From the NCBI GenBank assembly GCA_973851085.1, contig OZ316775.1, positions 806,001 to 870,000 on the forward strand: a stretch of DNA of 64,000 nucleotides, read 5' to 3'. Position 1 is the first letter of the stretch. Every line of letters starts with the position of its first letter. The notes beneath the pieces were generated by a model. It was not told the DNA's origin and did not search any database. It worked only from the letters and a program-made list of their open reading frames with translations. The stretch comes from Ptychomitrium polyphyllum (taxonomy: Eukaryota). A program made the translations under genes and the position numbers. Positions 52,201-64,000 of the stretch are shown here, in pieces.

Positions 52201-54319
52201 GGATAGCCGGTGTGTTATTGTTTAGTAGTTGCGATTTTAGATGTGTGGAGCTTTAGATATGTTTTAATTTGTCTTTGTTTTATTTCTTGAGTCGGGAACC
52301 TGTTTGCTGAATATTTGCTCTTATCGGCGTTTGGATATATCGGTCTTATCTGTTGTAAATTGTGGAATGCGTTATTTCTTCTGCCGTCCTTTGGCTTCAG
52401 TTTAGATTGCTACGGAATGTTAGTTTCTCCATGTCTTTACCTTTTGATTGTTTTGAGAGGGCATGTGATGTATCCTTTTTTGTATGCGCTGTAGTAGTAA
52501 TTTATGCTACCTTGAGTATAGTAGCGGTGGTCAAACACATGGTTTAGAGGCTTTTATGAGCCTGTGGATTGGATGTGATGAATGACATTAGTAGCTTTCT
52601 GTTGTGTTGTTCCTGGCTAGTTTAGGAGCTGTTGGCGGGCTCCTTGAAGTGCTATCCACAACATATATGTGGTATCCAGTACTCCAAGACCTTAGGACTC
52701 CTCCGAATGTCTGTTGTTTCCTTGAGTTCCTTAACCTCATTCATGAGTTGCTTCACCTCCTCAGAGTATAATGGACTACTATGTTTTTTACATGATGGAA
52801 TTCCTTATGTCTAGTTTTAGACGATGAAAGTGTAAATCCGAGAAAGATTATAAAATATCTGTTTATTATTTAATGTTAAATTCTTTGATACCTATTCTGG
52901 GTCTATTATTGGAAATATTATTCCTGTAACTTAGACCTTTATGCTAACCTTTACCTTATCTTAGATTGTTCATTATACATATTATCTAAATTTTCCATTT
53001 AAATATAGTCAAGTATAGTTATGAGCGTAATATTTAGGTTTCTGCGAAAAGAAACCGTATAGTCTCGTTATGTTTGTCCGTCTGCACATATCGCTTTTAA
53101 GTCTATAATTCTAAAACCGGCACTGTGCCCAAACCGTCACAATACCCAAAACCGTCATATTCAAGACTTGACTCACCAGGAAATGAGGATGATTGTCCCT
53201 TCACACGCTGCACTACGTTGTTCAGAATCAAAAATCTCAACCGAACCCTCTGCGTTGTAGCGCAGGCGAAGGAGCATCATTCTCAGCGCAGGCGAGCAGC
53301 AGCAGGCCGGTTCCGCATGTCAGCTAGGGCAACCTGCAGGTGAAGGAATGAGGGGAGCAGGCACAGCGATGAGCTGGCAGCGAGGGCGCAGGAGCCGTGA
53401 TGGCGAGAAAGGAGGGTCCGAGAGGAGAGGAGTGCAACGACGACGCAGACTGCGCAATGTAGGCGAAGACCGCTGCCCAACTCGGAGCTTAAACGGGAGC
53501 CCATGCCCATGAAGCAACCAACTCTCCGTTACAGCAACATTTTGTGTACGCCTATCGAAGATTTAAAGGTCTCAAATGTTCGAAATTGATAGATACAGCC
53601 GGCTTTCGTTGCAGTGGCAGTGTTGCGCGTCGTAACGACAATTGTACAGAAACCTGCATTACAGGCCATCACATCGAAGATGTGATCGCCGGCATATTAG
53701 TTTGATTTTACACTACATAAATGTTTTAGTTAAAGTTTCCTTCCTTGCGTGTAAAACTATTCAACAAGTACTTAAGGAAGAGGAACCATCACTTTTGTTC
53801 AAAACTACCTCAAACGGATACACCAACTGATAACTTGAAATACAAACAACAATACATATACTTATATTTTGGGTCTCCTCAGAAGCTTAGCATTTCTTAC
53901 AAATTACAATTAAAAAGCATCCGTAAATTCTCTCCTAAGCCTAATTGTACACGCTTTGGCAGCAGACATCATGTGGCATGATTCATGTCCAGCGCCTCAC
54001 TCCAAGGCTGATCAGGAAGGATCAACCCCACTAAAGCCTGCCAAGACCGCGAAGGAAAGGTAGTATTTGAAGTAGAATTATGAAAAACATGCATGTATTG
54101 TTCGCACTGAGAATTGAGAACTAAACTATCTGGAAAACAATCCGATGTATTTAAAAAGCAGCTAATTCATAGGCTGCTGGTAACAATTTGCTGATCATCG
54201 AATAAGATGATCTTCAGAAGGTCACTTGATCGTTGGACCATGTTGTAGATTTCTTCACTAATTACACGGCAACCGAGACGACCAGGGCTGATCGAATCTG
54301 GAAATATGCTTGTTCAGAT

Positions 54320-54910
54320 TCAGCCGTGACAGAAAACTCGAGCAGATAAAAAAGTAATCGGCTGCTTCCAGATCTCTCTGTACTAGAAGATGATGGTGCC
54401 TGCGTTCGGAATTTTCTGCCCGTCGTTTACGATGCACGTGCCGTGCAATGGGTCCAGGTGCCTGAACACTTTGGGGTTCACCAGAATGTCGCCGAAACAG
54501 AATAAACAGCAGTGGACGATGACGAAGGAGATGCTGCACAGGGGGTTGGTACAGGTGTTGGTGATCTGTACTTGGAAGGTGGGCCGGCCCACCTCGAAGA
54601 CCTCGTCCTGCTGGATTATAATGTCTGATTTGTGACAATCTGTGGCGACCAAGGCTCGCGGTGTACAAAGGTGTGCAGTCAACTCATTCTGCAAGGTCTC
54701 GATAGGGGTTACGCTGTGCATGGCCGGTTGCTGAGTGATGTCGACTGCGTTACTGAAGTTTGCCTCGGGAACCATCATATAATGAAGAACGATGGTCACA
54801 GTTTTGGACTGCTCTTGCAACGACTTCAGAATGGGTCGAGCTTCACAGAGCGCGAGGACGACCAGCAACAAGCATGCAGTACCAAGGGTTAACCTCAACG
54901 CTGACGCCAT
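54320..54910 (-). pseudogene. TAPETUM DETERMINANT 1 (TPD1)-like secreted Cys-rich protein with a premature stop (ORF 54910-54383; homology continues to 54320)
   Basis: Signal peptide, then CHKSDIIIQQ..GRPTFQVQITNTC..CSIS..VHC..LVNPKVFRHL..CIVNDGQKIP..GTIIF*YREIWKQPITFLSARVFC. This matches the TPD1 pattern C..DI.V.Q..GIP.Y.VEI.N.C..C.IS.IH..C..INPR.F..CLVN.G.P...S.F.Y....C. Whether it is a pseudogene or a truncated gene is unresolved. Confidence 0.8.
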
Positions 54911-56477
54911 GATTCATGACGCTCACTCTACGAATCAGTGAAATGGACAGGCCAGCTGTATCATCTTTCTTCTCGGAGCCTTACTATCTTTAGAGGTCCT
55001 ATATTTCCTAGCTATATGTCGCTGCGGATTAATCTGTGTTCACCTGGTCAAACTACAGCCAGTCGCAGCTATTAGTTTTAATTATATAAGGAAATTGCGG
55101 AAACAAAAGAGGAAACCGAATGAGAACTCATATCTAGCAAACGTAGGTCGTACACAAGTTACAGCACATATGCAACAATAGAATCTAGCGTGCACTTAAA
55201 CAAAGGAATTGGTGCAAGCATACACCATGCTGCCTCAGCCCAGGTCATGAGCGGGGTGGGTGTGCGCGTGAGGTATAGGGTTAATTCCATTACTTTCGAA
55301 CTCCAAAATGCACAGGCATGCAAATAGCAAATTAGGTTCACCAACGTTGGGCAGGCCCTGCTCCAAGGCTAGCGCGCAATGCACTAGAAAGTACAAAAAA
55401 TTGCCGAGATTAATTAACCCTATAACTCATCATCAAATGGAAGACGACCACAAATATTTGTTCACCGGCTAAGAGAATCTGAAAGAATGTGTTCCTATCA
55501 TCAAGAATTCACATCATCAACAAATTAAGGTGACGACTTGACTTCCAAGGACAAGTTCAAATGACAGGTTAAAGTCCAAAATACAAAGGCAGAATGTATG
55601 TGAAAAGCAACAGATGAATACGTACATCAGGAGTTCGTGCAGCATATAGTTGTGATGAACATGACGGGAGAGTGACTCAAAAGGTCTCGCCACCCTTAAG
55701 TACCACGGCACCAGAGAGAACAATGAGAAAGACGCCCTTTGCTCTGTAGTTTTATGCTGATGGTTGCAGCATTAGATGAGGTTTTGGGCACTTCCGCAAT
55801 TAAATAAGCTCCTGCACGAAATCCACGCGAGACCCTCTCTGGCTTGCTCCCGAAGGCTATCATCCAGCCGAGCTGATTACTGTGCATATTACGACACTTC
55901 TAATAAACATCCACTGTGGCACTGCATTAATTCGGCGCTAAGTATTATGAACCACGTCGTGTCTAAAGGTTGAATTACTCAACATTCTTACCTCATGTCA
56001 AATGACGTATCACTGTTGCCAGCGTCCTACGTAGTGTGCATTTGATTGATCTTCCTGAGAAAACTTACTAACGTCTAGGAATAACTAGGCCTGATATTAT
56101 ATGTAGACTTCTAATATTTGTTGGTTAGTTTATCAAGTCCAAGGGTCCACGTCTCTCACTAACTGTCTCAGAGAAATTACCTGGTCTTCATTTGTATATA
56201 ATTGTAGAAACACCTAACTATTTTAAGCTTGTTCATGGCTGCCTCACGAAAGTGGCTGCGTTGTTGTTGTGAACCAGTTCTGAAGAAAATGAGAGATCAA
56301 CCTTGGTGTTCTTGGACATCAACATGAAGGGCCATTTCCCAGTAGTCTTAAGCCGTGGCTCTGATCCAGGCGAAGGGACTTTGCTAAATCTGTGCATGAA
56401 GCAGAAGGAATGGACGTGAAGCCGAGCCAGACAGTGCTGTAAACTTTGTCACTAATGTTGTGAAAGATCTACCGGAC

Positions 56478-56520
56478 AGGTGAGGTGAGGTGAGGTGAGG
56501 TGAGGTGAGGTGAGGTGAGG
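56478..56520. repeat. (AGGTG)8 pentanucleotide microsatellite
   Basis: Perfect tandem aggtg units. Confidence 0.95.
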
Positions 56521-59500
56521 TTGTGTTCTCTGGTGGGAAAAAATAATTGTGATGTGAAAATGGCATCTAGATAACTTACCATATTTCATTTAACATTGTA
56601 TTCGTTATAATGGGAAATTTCGAAGTCCTAAAATAACCTTAAGGATGAAACAGATTTAAAAGAGGTCAAATTTGTCAAAGATGATTGTCATGATTTTGAA
56701 GTTATCTAGGAAGTTTCTTGCAAATTGGTTAGCCATAGTAGCCAAAAGCCATTGAATTTGCACTTAAACGGTTCATGAGATATGCAATTCAATATAGAAT
56801 TGAGTTGAATCTATACAAACTAGTATAGATCCAAGATTGTTGTTTTGTTCCGTTATAATAAACATTGCTTTATTTTTATGAGCTCAAAATGGTACAAATT
56901 AGAATGATGCCCAAATGACCCAAGTTAAAATAATGTCAAAATGGTCATATAATCACAAATATTTGTATAGAACAAGAAGAAGTCAAAGCTTATTTTATTT
57001 TTTGAATCTTATTCTATAGAAGGAGATTTTTGATGTGGCTATGATGCATTTTTGGAAAATAATGGAAAAATTGTCCACACTTTTTAAACAACCTTTGATT
57101 CCAAAACCAATTAGATTTATGAATCTTGGTAAATTAAATTTATTTATAAAATGAGTGTTATTGTAACATAAAACTAATTTAAAACTAATATATTAAAATA
57201 ATTTGATTTTTCAATTCCAACAGATCTAAAAAATCTTTAAAATATTATCATTGGTAATTAAAAAGAATTATTAGATGCAAAATAAAATTATTATTTTAAT
57301 CTTCTTGACTTTGATATATTGCAAATGATCATTTTTATTAAAGTATTCAAAACTATCCTGGATCTTATTGATTAATTTCAAAATAATTTCAAATTTGTAA
57401 AGTGTCAATTATGGATCCATTTATGGATTAATTGAATATTGTATCAAAAAATATAATTAAATATTTCACAAATTGGCTATTATTTAAAAAAAACTAAAGT
57501 ATAAATATAATAATTGGAATCGGAAATAAACTAGATATAGCAGGTTTTGGTTTATAATGATTATTAAAGATGTTGTACAAAATACATCAATTGTACACAT
57601 AAAAGTATTTGATATTAAATAAGATATAATTTTATAATATTAGTGAAATCAAAATTCATAATATTGAAGGTCATGCATTGGATAAATTTAGAGAACAAAA
57701 CCATTTTCTACAATTAAGGGTTGTTTATGATTTATGGTGCTTTTCTTAATGAAATTCTTTATGAATCATTATAAAATAAGATTGAATTAATTTTAACCAT
57801 TGAAATTATATTTTATAATATGAATATACAAGAATAACAAAGATTTGTGTATTATATATTTTTTTAATTTCTTAGCTCTTGAAGATTATATATATAGTCC
57901 ATTCCAACTTTGCATAAATTTATTAGAATTTATTGTGATTATTAGCAATTCATTATAAATGATTCCGAATTAAAGCTTAATTGCAAAGAAATTAGGATTG
58001 TAAATTTTTTACCAAAAATAATTTAACTTAGTGCTAAGTTATGATTAAGGCTTTAAGAAATGTCATGATATAATAATTTTTTCACAAAAATGAAACAAAT
58101 ACATTGCATAAAGCAAACAATCAATACAATATGAAAAAACATTAAAAGTTCTTATTAATATAAAAATATTACAATTAAATGTGAATAAATAATACAAGTT
58201 CATTCCAAATTTTTATGATAGACAAAATATGTATTAGAATCCTATAATCCTCATTTATTTATGAAAGCTTTCAAAATGATTTAATATAATATCTTATATA
58301 TTACATTGTTTATAAATTAAAAAATACATAATATCAATTTTCAATTTTCACAATTTATATGAAATTTTTTCAACTTTCACAATTTATATGAAAAATTTGT
58401 CCAAAAGTTATGAAATTTCTTTCACATTCATATAAAAATTAGCATATTTATAAAATAACATACAACACTATTTGTACCATTTGTAAATTTTAAATATTCA
58501 AATATAAACTACTAAAAAATAAGATTGATTTTAGATGAAACAACAAATATGGATATTGACAACCTTACAAATTTTAATTTCTAATATAAAAGTAATCCAA
58601 ATATTCAAAAAGTTTCCTTTTTCACCATACAACCCAACAATTCAATGTTCAATTAATATCACAAAACAACATAATTTGTTGTGGTTGTATTGAATCTTGA
58701 TTATTTAATTTAATATAAGTATCTATACTTGTATAATATTTGTTCATAATTTAAGCTCTAAAAATAATAAAATATAGACCTTTATAAACGTTATACAAAG
58801 AAATGTAAAGTACATTATTTTTATAAGAGAATTATAAGAACCTAACATCACAATTTTAAAACAAGTTATACATACATCAAAGAAAATCTCCTTTATATTC
58901 TTTAGACATGGAGTATGTTATCAAAATGGATGTGTCATACCTGCAGTAATTTCATGTTATCGTGACATCTAAAATTACATCAAAATACTAAACATTAAAA
59001 TGATATCAAAATGACATAATAATGAAATAAAATAATGACATAGATTTCAACAGCTTCAAAATAACATCAAGGTGTTTTGAGTTAAAACAATACAAGTTAA
59101 AACAACATTCGAAATAATATTTCATGTGATTCTGAAATCATTTTGGTATTATTTTTTTTTATCACTTTGGCATCATTTTAACTTGTGTCATCTTGATGTT
59201 CCATATGATATCAAGTTTGTAAATTATCTATTGATGTCATGTGCCATCACAAATATTGACTCCAATTGTACTGATGTAGAGATTGCATTTCAGTGTTTTG
59301 TGAATGATTTCCAGTGAAGGCTTTGAGATTGGGTGAGAGCCGCCCAAACTCGAGCTCCCACTGCCACAAATTCTAACATGTATGCATCCTATAAAAAGAT
59401 ACTAGAATTCCCATGTCCAGTGCAATGGAGACAGTCGCTCTAGGCCATCCACCTTCCGGATCATGGACAGACCCGCCCTCAATTGAGAAGCGTTTCGTCC

Positions 59501-59795
59501 GATAAATTTGTGGCACCAGATGTACCAAAGAACCACCAAAAGATCTGAGACACCTTTGTTGAGTTCAACACTGCCTTTAAGGCACTGTGCACTACAATCC
59601 AACCCAAGAGCATAAGCACAATGGACTAATCCATGCGCACGTCTACAAATGCAGCCAGACTACACATTCAGCATTCAAAGCTCCATCACACAAATGCAGG
59701 AAAGCAGAGTAACATCCTCAAGCTCACATTAAGGTTAAACATCGATGCGGTTTTAGATAAATCACAAAAACCAAAAACTGCCGAGCTTAAAATCG

Positions 59796-62700
59796 TCAAG
59801 GCTTCTGAACAAATCTGTTCAGAGAGTCTGTGCAAGTGAGAGTAAATACAACAGCACCATGACCTTCCACTAGGGCCCCTAGAGACTTCTCAACTACGCC
59901 AAGATCATGCCGGTTCCACACATCGAAGGCCTTGCATATCAAGTCTGTGTTATCAACTAGCATGCCACGCCTGTGAAAATCTGACCCAGGAAATACGCCT
60001 TTGATTATGTTAGAAGGCACAAATCTGCGTGTTACAGTGTCGATGCCGACAGCCATGTGGGTTGCGGTGGAACCGAGGTTGAAGAAGGCTACATAGTAGA
60101 CCTGATCTGTAAAATCACACAAACCGAGACGTCGCTAACTGCTTGAAGAAAAACTTGAGCATACATTGCGCATATTCAAGGATTTACATCGATTATGAGC
60201 ATTTTAAGGTTTAAGATTAAAGTTCAAACCTGAGGGATGTCTTGCCACCCAGATACGTTCTCCTTCCTGGATGACGGTGGCACATAAACCTGTATGCTCG
60301 TTTTGCAATCTACCCTCTGTTGTCAATCGCCATAGCTGGTCGCATTCATATGTACATGGAATATCAGTCAGCAAAGCTTGACAAAGAGTGGCGCAAACTG
60401 ATGGCAAAGCATGATGTAATAAAGAACAGGAAATAAAGGATATTACCTGATTCGGTGCCTCATCACTGCACTCAACATTCAGCATGCTTGATTGTTGCAC
60501 ATCGGTGTTCGAAACTCCAAGGACATCAGGAGCTAAGCATTCGTGTTCGAGTGGTGATGCAATGAAGCCTATGGTAGAAGAGTTGTTGGATCCGTGTGAC
60601 CCAATTGTAAATGGAATCCAGTGCAGGCATTTCAGGGGTAATTTTCCGCCTTTGCGCCATCTCCTTTCGCTTGACGCCGTGCTTGTCCAACAGACTCGAT
60701 CGGCATTGCAAGAATGGCGTCTAGGCGTTAATGACCATCTTTGCGTTGTTCTGTCCTTGCAATCACTCAATGCAAACCTCGTAGACATTGAGCTTGTATT
60801 TGACGGAGACGTACTCAGCATCTGCAAAACCAAATGATCGAGACTCAGATCCGTTAAATCAAATGCATCGAAAGTCTCAATGCTTGAGAATGACAAACAA
60901 AAGTTCCTGAAATGGATCACTTAATTCACCGGTGTAATAAATTTTACCTTGAGCATCGATCAGGGTTACCTCATGGTTATCGATACTGTGAGCATTGATA
61001 TCTAAAATCCAAGGATTCGTGATAAGAGATAAAGTTGCATTGTCCATTTTCCGCAAGTCACCCCCGTACATCAACGGGCTTTTCGCCATCGCCCAAAGAG
61101 AGATCTAAGAGAACCAACTATACACAATGAGTCTGACGATGATTAAAAAGATAAAATCAAAGGGAGACGTCTTTCCTTGCGACATGCTAAATAGTGAAGA
61201 TGTGCAGATGATTATTAGAACTCAACAGGAGGTAAAGTAATTCATAAGAGCAAACACCACTTACCTGGGTGTGTTGTTCAGCAGGGCTCAGATTACACCA
61301 ACGATGAGGACCAACAGGAGCACCTGCAGAAGTCCCCTCCTACCCACTTAAGCAGATGCACGTGACGCAAAAGAAATCTAGATAACACCACAAAGACAAA
61401 TCATCAAACTCCTGCTGAACTGAAATTTTTTACCAGGGTCAGTGAGCCATCCCAGCGGCAGCATATCCAGGTCTGGCCAAGAACGGCCTCGTTCATTTGC
61501 AGCTCCTATCATACCAGCCACTGCAAAATCTCTGTAGCCCAGACATACCCACAATTACTCTACATTCATCTTTACAACATAAAAGAGGCAAGATCCTACT
61601 GTTATAAGGTAGTGTCTTCACCTCGCAACATCGAAATGTGTTTCCAGGTCCGACCATGTGTCCCAGTCATCGGCGGTCACACGATACATGTTGGCCATGT
61701 TTGATACTTTCAAACCTATCTCTGGTGTTGCCAGAACACCTGGAGAAAGAGAGTATACCATAGGTCTCCCAGTCTCTGCAATGCTCTGTTACAATGACCA
61801 ATGCATGTTACAATGGAGTATGAGGTGATGCCCTTAATAAAAACGTGAAAAATGTTTTCAAAAATAAAGAAAATCTTGCACCAGTTGTGTCTTTCTACCA
61901 TGCATATTCTACAGGGTCAAAGAACCTGTCACAATGACGTGTGAGTGGAGATGGCACCTTTGATACAAGCTCTATTTCACTGATGCGTAAGTCCGGCACA
62001 CCAAAAACACAATCGTGCTTAACTGCACATTCAAACATGATTCAGTCACTGCTTGATTATGTGATCCTTCATTCCTCTCAGGCAAATGGAATGTTGCATG
62101 CTTCAAAACCAGCTAGGAGTACGATGATGTAGCTCTTAGGAAAACTTACTAAAATCTACACCCCATGATGCGTATTGGTCATAGAGCGATTTCACAAAAG
62201 CACGGCCACCCTCGGAGCTTGCATTGATGCCCATAAAGCAAGCCTTCATCCATTTACACTCGGTTCCGAGAACTGCAATGTCCGCAGCCGCCCATGGCTT
62301 TCCACTTTCTGTGTCCGGACTGCCCTGACCACAAAGAATTCAGTACCGCAAGTAAGTATAAAGCAACTCGTATGGCGAAGAAAGAAATTTAACTCCAGTA
62401 AATTAGGATGCGAGCTGCACCTCAGCACCCAAGATTGGAGTGTTGGCCTGAACAGCAGCCGTGCTGATTCCTCGCATCACATGAATCCCGAACTTCAACC
62501 CCATCGCGTGCACTTGCTCTGCAACGCGAGCTAAGCCGCTGCCATCTCGCGAGGATGGCCACCGACCAGGATCCGGAACTGGGCGGCCCCATTGGTCGAT
62601 CACGTCGTGACCAGGTGACCACACGGACGCATTCGGTTCAAGTTTCCGGTACCACAAGAAATCCACCACCACATACTGCAAATCGTGCATTTTACAAGCT

Positions 62701-63373
62701 TCGATCAAATTGCTACACGAGGAATGGAATGCTGTGAATGAATCTCTCACAGCAGTCATGCATGTAAAACGAGTGGTGCGTACCTCGTAACCGAATTCAA
62801 AGAGATGCTCGGAGACGAATTTGGCATTATCAAGAAACTCTGCTTCGGAAACGATCCAAGAAAACGAGTTGTATGAGTTCCAGCCGCGCGGTGGGGTTAG
62901 TGCCAAATGTCCGCTTCCATTTGTGAACGCTTCTCCGTCAACCCTGTTGAACCCAAAAAGAAAACCCCCCCTTAAACAAGCTGAAACTCACTAAATATTT
63001 GGTGTTTTCAGCTATGCTTAAAGCGATGCCCAAGGTCATTAACGTATCGACCAAGAGCATCGCATAACTCTCCTCACAATGCTCTGCGTTGTGTCAAATC
63101 CTCTTACTTGCAGAGAATTGAGAAGAGCCTGATGAAGTGCACTACAATTGCGACGATTCTTGACATTCTCATTCCATAGGCGTACTCTGAAACCGCTACT
63201 GCGATTCAAAGACCGCGTCCTGCAAGTGACTCCCACCCATCAATCCACGAGCATAACATAAAAAGCTCAACTATGAGCAACCATCTGGTAAGAAGCTCAA
63301 CAAAATCGTTGCTACCGTCACAAAGCTGCAATATGCAGCTGGAGAAGGAAAAAGGCAACCCCAGGTCGGCCAT
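59796..63373 (-). CDS. Glycoside hydrolase family 27 (alpha-galactosidase/beta-L-arabinopyranosidase-like, At3g26380/APSE type), ~679 aa, 12 exons
   Basis: Exons 63373-63237, 62943-62784, 62675-62421, 62324-62150, 62022-61958, 61785-61622, 61531-61434, 61323-61265, 61104-60970, 60821-60447, 60335-60230 and 60106-59796 total 2040 nt in frame. Motifs: LALTPPRGWNSY, YVVVDFLWY, GLKFGIHVMRGI, WGVDFIKHDC (nucleophile), YSLSPG, YRVTADDWD, WPDLDMLP, WAMAKSPLMYGGD, YVAFFNL. The first exon and start codon are the least certain. Confidence 0.93.
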
Positions 63374-64000
63374 GGCCAGAGCTCCTTCAGAGCTAAAAGT
63401 GCACAACTACAGAGAACCACACCAACATCGAAACACAAATCCAACAGGGAATACTACCTCCAAGTCGATCTCACAACCTCCAATTCAACCAGACCAACGA
63501 CTCAAAGAGAGAATGTCAATCAAACGCTGAACATCCTCTAGCCCATCCTGCAGCGTACAACCCAACTTCACAACCGCCTGCAACTACGAATCTCCACCGC
63601 CTGAGCTGACACACTGATCACTTCAACAATTATCTCCACACTGAACAACCTTGTTACCAAACTTGGGACATGCTGGTGCAGCTCCAGATCTGTATACTAT
63701 TCCAGCTTGACGGTCTCTTCACCGACGAAAAACTTCTCCTGTTTGTGACCCAGGAGCCACGCATGTTGCATGTTGCCCCTGCAAAAGTGGGTCAAGGCAC
63801 ACCATATGATATGATATGAGATGGCACACCATCACAGCTTGCACAGAAGCATGAAGGGCAACCGTGCTGTATACAGCCTTGGCGTGAGTCAATCATGTGG
63901 GAAAACATGAGGCTTCCGAGATATGCTACCTTAGCCTCTTTGCAACGCAACGCATATTGGTCTGTTAGCCATTGTAGGCTGAATCCAGCAGCGACAACAA

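Noticed and set aside
56478..56520. (AGGTG)n as a telomeric or CRISPR-like array
   Set aside because: Not the plant telomere unit (TTTAGGG) and no spacers; a simple microsatellite.

Overview
Intron-containing eukaryotic DNA, most likely a moss or other non-seed land plant (inferred from a Ure2p-class GST, a Tcn1-like chromovirus relic, and gene-dense islands between very AT-rich tracts). In order it holds: a decayed UDP-glycosyltransferase; a 4-exon Ure2p/YfcG-like GST; a probable solo LTR; a truncated degenerate Ty3/gypsy chromovirus; a receptor-kinase relic; a small intronless unknown gene; a 4-exon YUCCA convergent with a 3-exon TANGO2/NRDE gene; a BURP-domain gene; two copies of a 7-exon CCCH-WD40 (ZFWD) gene; a TPD1-like peptide gene with a premature TAG; and a 12-exon GH27 glycosidase. 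The main finding is a gene-sized palindrome: two ~4.45 kb arms (42424-46872 and 47752-52200), apparently identical, each carrying a complete ZFWD gene head-to-head. After removing a 332 bp unmerged contig overlap and the 100-N gap, the spacer is ~447 bp. The arms are unusually GC-rich with G-rich introns, which suggests ongoing arm-to-arm gene conversion. Exon structures were derived by hand from GT/AG sites and frame continuity. No database searches were run.
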